From contig UQCS01000006.1 of NCBI GenBank assembly GCA_900539605.1, forward strand, positions 4,601 to 68,600: 64,000 nucleotides of DNA, in the 5' to 3' direction. Both the position numbers and the translations under genes were made by a program. The DNA is from an uncultured Azospirillum sp. (GTDB taxonomy: Bacteria > Pseudomonadota > Alphaproteobacteria > RF32 > CAG-239). The notes under the pieces were generated by a model. That model had not been told where the DNA came from and ran no database searches. It saw only the letters and a list, made by a program, of their open reading frames with translations. Shown here piece after piece: positions 62,811 to 64,000 of the stretch; position 1 is the first letter of the stretch; each line of letters begins with the position of its first letter.

Positions 62811-64000
62811 ATGAGTATATCTAAACTGAAAGACCGGCAGCTTTATACTGTCTGTGATCCCCGCAAATTTGACTTTTCCAGCACTGCGGAACTGGAAGAA
62901 AGAATGTCTGCTCTCGGACAGGACCGGGCAATCAGTGCGGTCGTGCTCGGCATCAATATCAAATCCAAAGGCTATAATTTATTTTGTCTGGGACCCGAAG
63001 GAACCGGAAAAACCAGTCTGGTCAAACGGATTTTGGAAGAAGAAGCCAAGAAACGTCCCACTCCCCGCGATTGGGTCTATGTTTATAATTTTGACGAGCC
63101 CTATAAGCCGAAAAGTATCAGTTTCCCGGCCGGCAGTGCAAGCGAGTTTGCTAAAGGCATCGATAAGCTGATCGAAGATTTCAGCGTGGCCATCCCGGCG
63201 GTGTTGGACAGCGACGAGTATAAGGCCGGCTTGAGCATTATTCGCGAAAAATACAAACAGAAAAAAGAAGAATATATGCGCATTTTGCAAAAAAAGGCCA
63301 AAGGTAAAAGCGTGTCCCTGCTGCATATGCAAGTCGGACTGGTGGTTGCACCGGTTAAAAACGGCGAAGTCCTGAGTCCGGAAGCTTTTGACGAGTTGCC
63401 GGAAAATGAAAAACAGCAATTGATCGACGATCTGAACCTGATGCAGGAAGAAATTGAAAAAGCAGCCAAGGATCTGCCCGAATGGGAAGACCGTCAACGT
63501 CGTGAGAGCACGCTGCTGCGCGAAAAGTTCATCAAAATGGCGGTAAAAAACCCGATTGACAATCTGCGACAGAAATATAAAGGACATCGTGAAGCCGCGG
63601 AATTTTTGAAAAACGTTCAAAACCATATTGTCAATAATATCGAAGAGTTTCTGCCCGAAGAAAACAACGCTCCGGCAGAAGAGAGCGACGCCCTGACGAC
63701 GCTGTTGTCGCGAATGAACAAGCAGGAAGAAGACAAATTCGCCAAGTTTAAAGTCAATGTCATTGTTAAAAACGAACCGGAATCGGGGGCGCCGATCGTT
63801 CATCTGGACCATCCGACCCAGGGCAATCTGGTAGGCCGGGTAGAACGAATTCAGCAATACGGTGCTTTGCTGACCGATTTTACGTTGATCAAAGCCGGTG
63901 CTTTGCATCGCGCCAACGGCGGCTTTTTGCTGATAGATGCCCGTAAACTGCTGATCCAGCCTTATGCATGGGATTCGCTTAAACGATCGCTGGCCTCAAA
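62811..64000 (+). CDS. Lon-like AAA+ protease (COG1067/LonB-like with helical insertion), 3' end outside the window
   Basis: Not in the supplied track because it has no stop codon. I translated ATG 62811 to the window end without meeting a stop: MSISKLKDRQLYTV...GQDRAISAVVLGINIKSKGYNLFCLGPEGTGKTSL (Walker A)...long helical insertion...GGFLLIDARKLL (Walker B-like). Confidence 0.75.
   Translation, partial: MSISKLKDRQLYTVCDPRKFDFSSTAELEERMSALGQDRAISAVVLGINIKSKGYNLFCLGPEGTGKTSLVKRILEEEAKKRPTPRDWVYVYNFDEPYKPKSISFPAGSASEFAKGIDKLIEDFSVAIPAVLDSDEYKAGLSIIREKYKQKKEEYMRILQKKAKGKSVSLLHMQVGLVVAPVKNGEVLSPEAFDELPENEKQQLIDDLNLMQEEIEKAAKDLPEWEDRQRRESTLLREKFIKMAVKNPIDNLRQKYKGHREAAEFLKNVQNHIVNNIEEFLPEENNAPAEESDALTTLLSRMNKQEEDKFAKFKVNVIVKNEPESGAPIVHLDHPTQGNLVGRVERIQQYGALLTDFTLIKAGALHRANGGFLLIDARKLLIQPYAWDSLKRSLAS

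Noticed and set aside
62979-63908. 309-aa ORF on the minus strand
   Set aside because: It is the antisense shadow of the Lon-like protease frame, which is open from 62811 to the window end. It has no recognisable motif and a repetitive F/Q/L-rich composition.
1-64000. Scan for rRNA, tRNA, CRISPR arrays, integrases, intact transposases, toxin-antitoxin pairs and known defence-system signatures
   Set aside because: I recognised none. All intergenic regions longer than 100 bp were read on both strands. The only RNA gene found is ffs, and the only mobile-element trace is the IS200-type remnant.

Overview
This window reads as an origin-proximal stretch of an alphaproteobacterial chromosome. It is densely packed with housekeeping genes and has AT-rich intergenic spacers, a pattern that suggests an intracellular or reduced-genome lineage, though that is only an impression. 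All calls come from reading the six-frame track and the DNA by eye. No database search was run, and start codons were chosen from N-terminal family motifs, SD-like sequences and stop/start overlaps.

Genes by coordinate:
- 1-5.4 kb: rod-shape cluster mreC-mreD-mrdA-rodA (minus strand), with no mreB.
- 5.7-11.2 kb: an SPFH/prohibitin gene with deviant codon usage, then htpG, a 2x[4Fe-4S] ferredoxin and typA.
- 11.3-19.3 kb: rph-rdgB-addB-addA-trxA.
- 19.4-21.3 kb: two orphan membrane proteins.
- 21.4-26.0 kb: ftsK, a HIT-family gene, fabD-fabG.
- 26.3-32.0 kb: a decayed IS200/IS605 tnpA remnant, nth-tsaD, a Mic60/mitofilin-like gene overlapping an ADP-dependent sugar kinase, and dnaQ-coaE.
- 32.5-44.4 kb: the classic alphaproteobacterial array rho, mnmE, mnmG, rsmG, parA, parB. 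Extra genes interrupt three of its junctions (rho/mnmE, mnmE/mnmG, mnmG/rsmG).
- 44.4-50.9 kb: a Cys-rich FTR-like small gene, a membrane-anchored SNase nuclease, tsaE, short hprK, mlaEF, radA, cvpA and an ankyrin-like secreted protein.
- 51.0-57.2 kb: recR-ybaB-dnaX preceded by SRP RNA (ffs), an LpoA-like lipoprotein, rsmI-yraN and tsaB.
- 57.3-64.0 kb: a PAS-only sensor, a K/E-rich disordered protein, a TPR protein, an EEP-fold protein, and the 5' part of a Lon-like AAA+ protease that runs off the window.

I found no rRNA, tRNA, CRISPR array or intact mobile element.

Most interesting observations:
1. A tightly coupled HD-PHP-PHP phosphoesterase cassette wedged between mnmG and rsmG and bracketed by two perfect parS sites.
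2. A candidate replication origin in the coaE-rho intergenic region, with reiterated TTATYAAC boxes, a DnaA-box-like site and TTAA-N7-TTAAC sites.
3. An ADP-dependent (archaeal/eukaryotic-type) sugar kinase.
4. An A10 tract in dnaX with stop codons close by in both alternative frames, positioned like the E. coli tau/gamma frameshift site.
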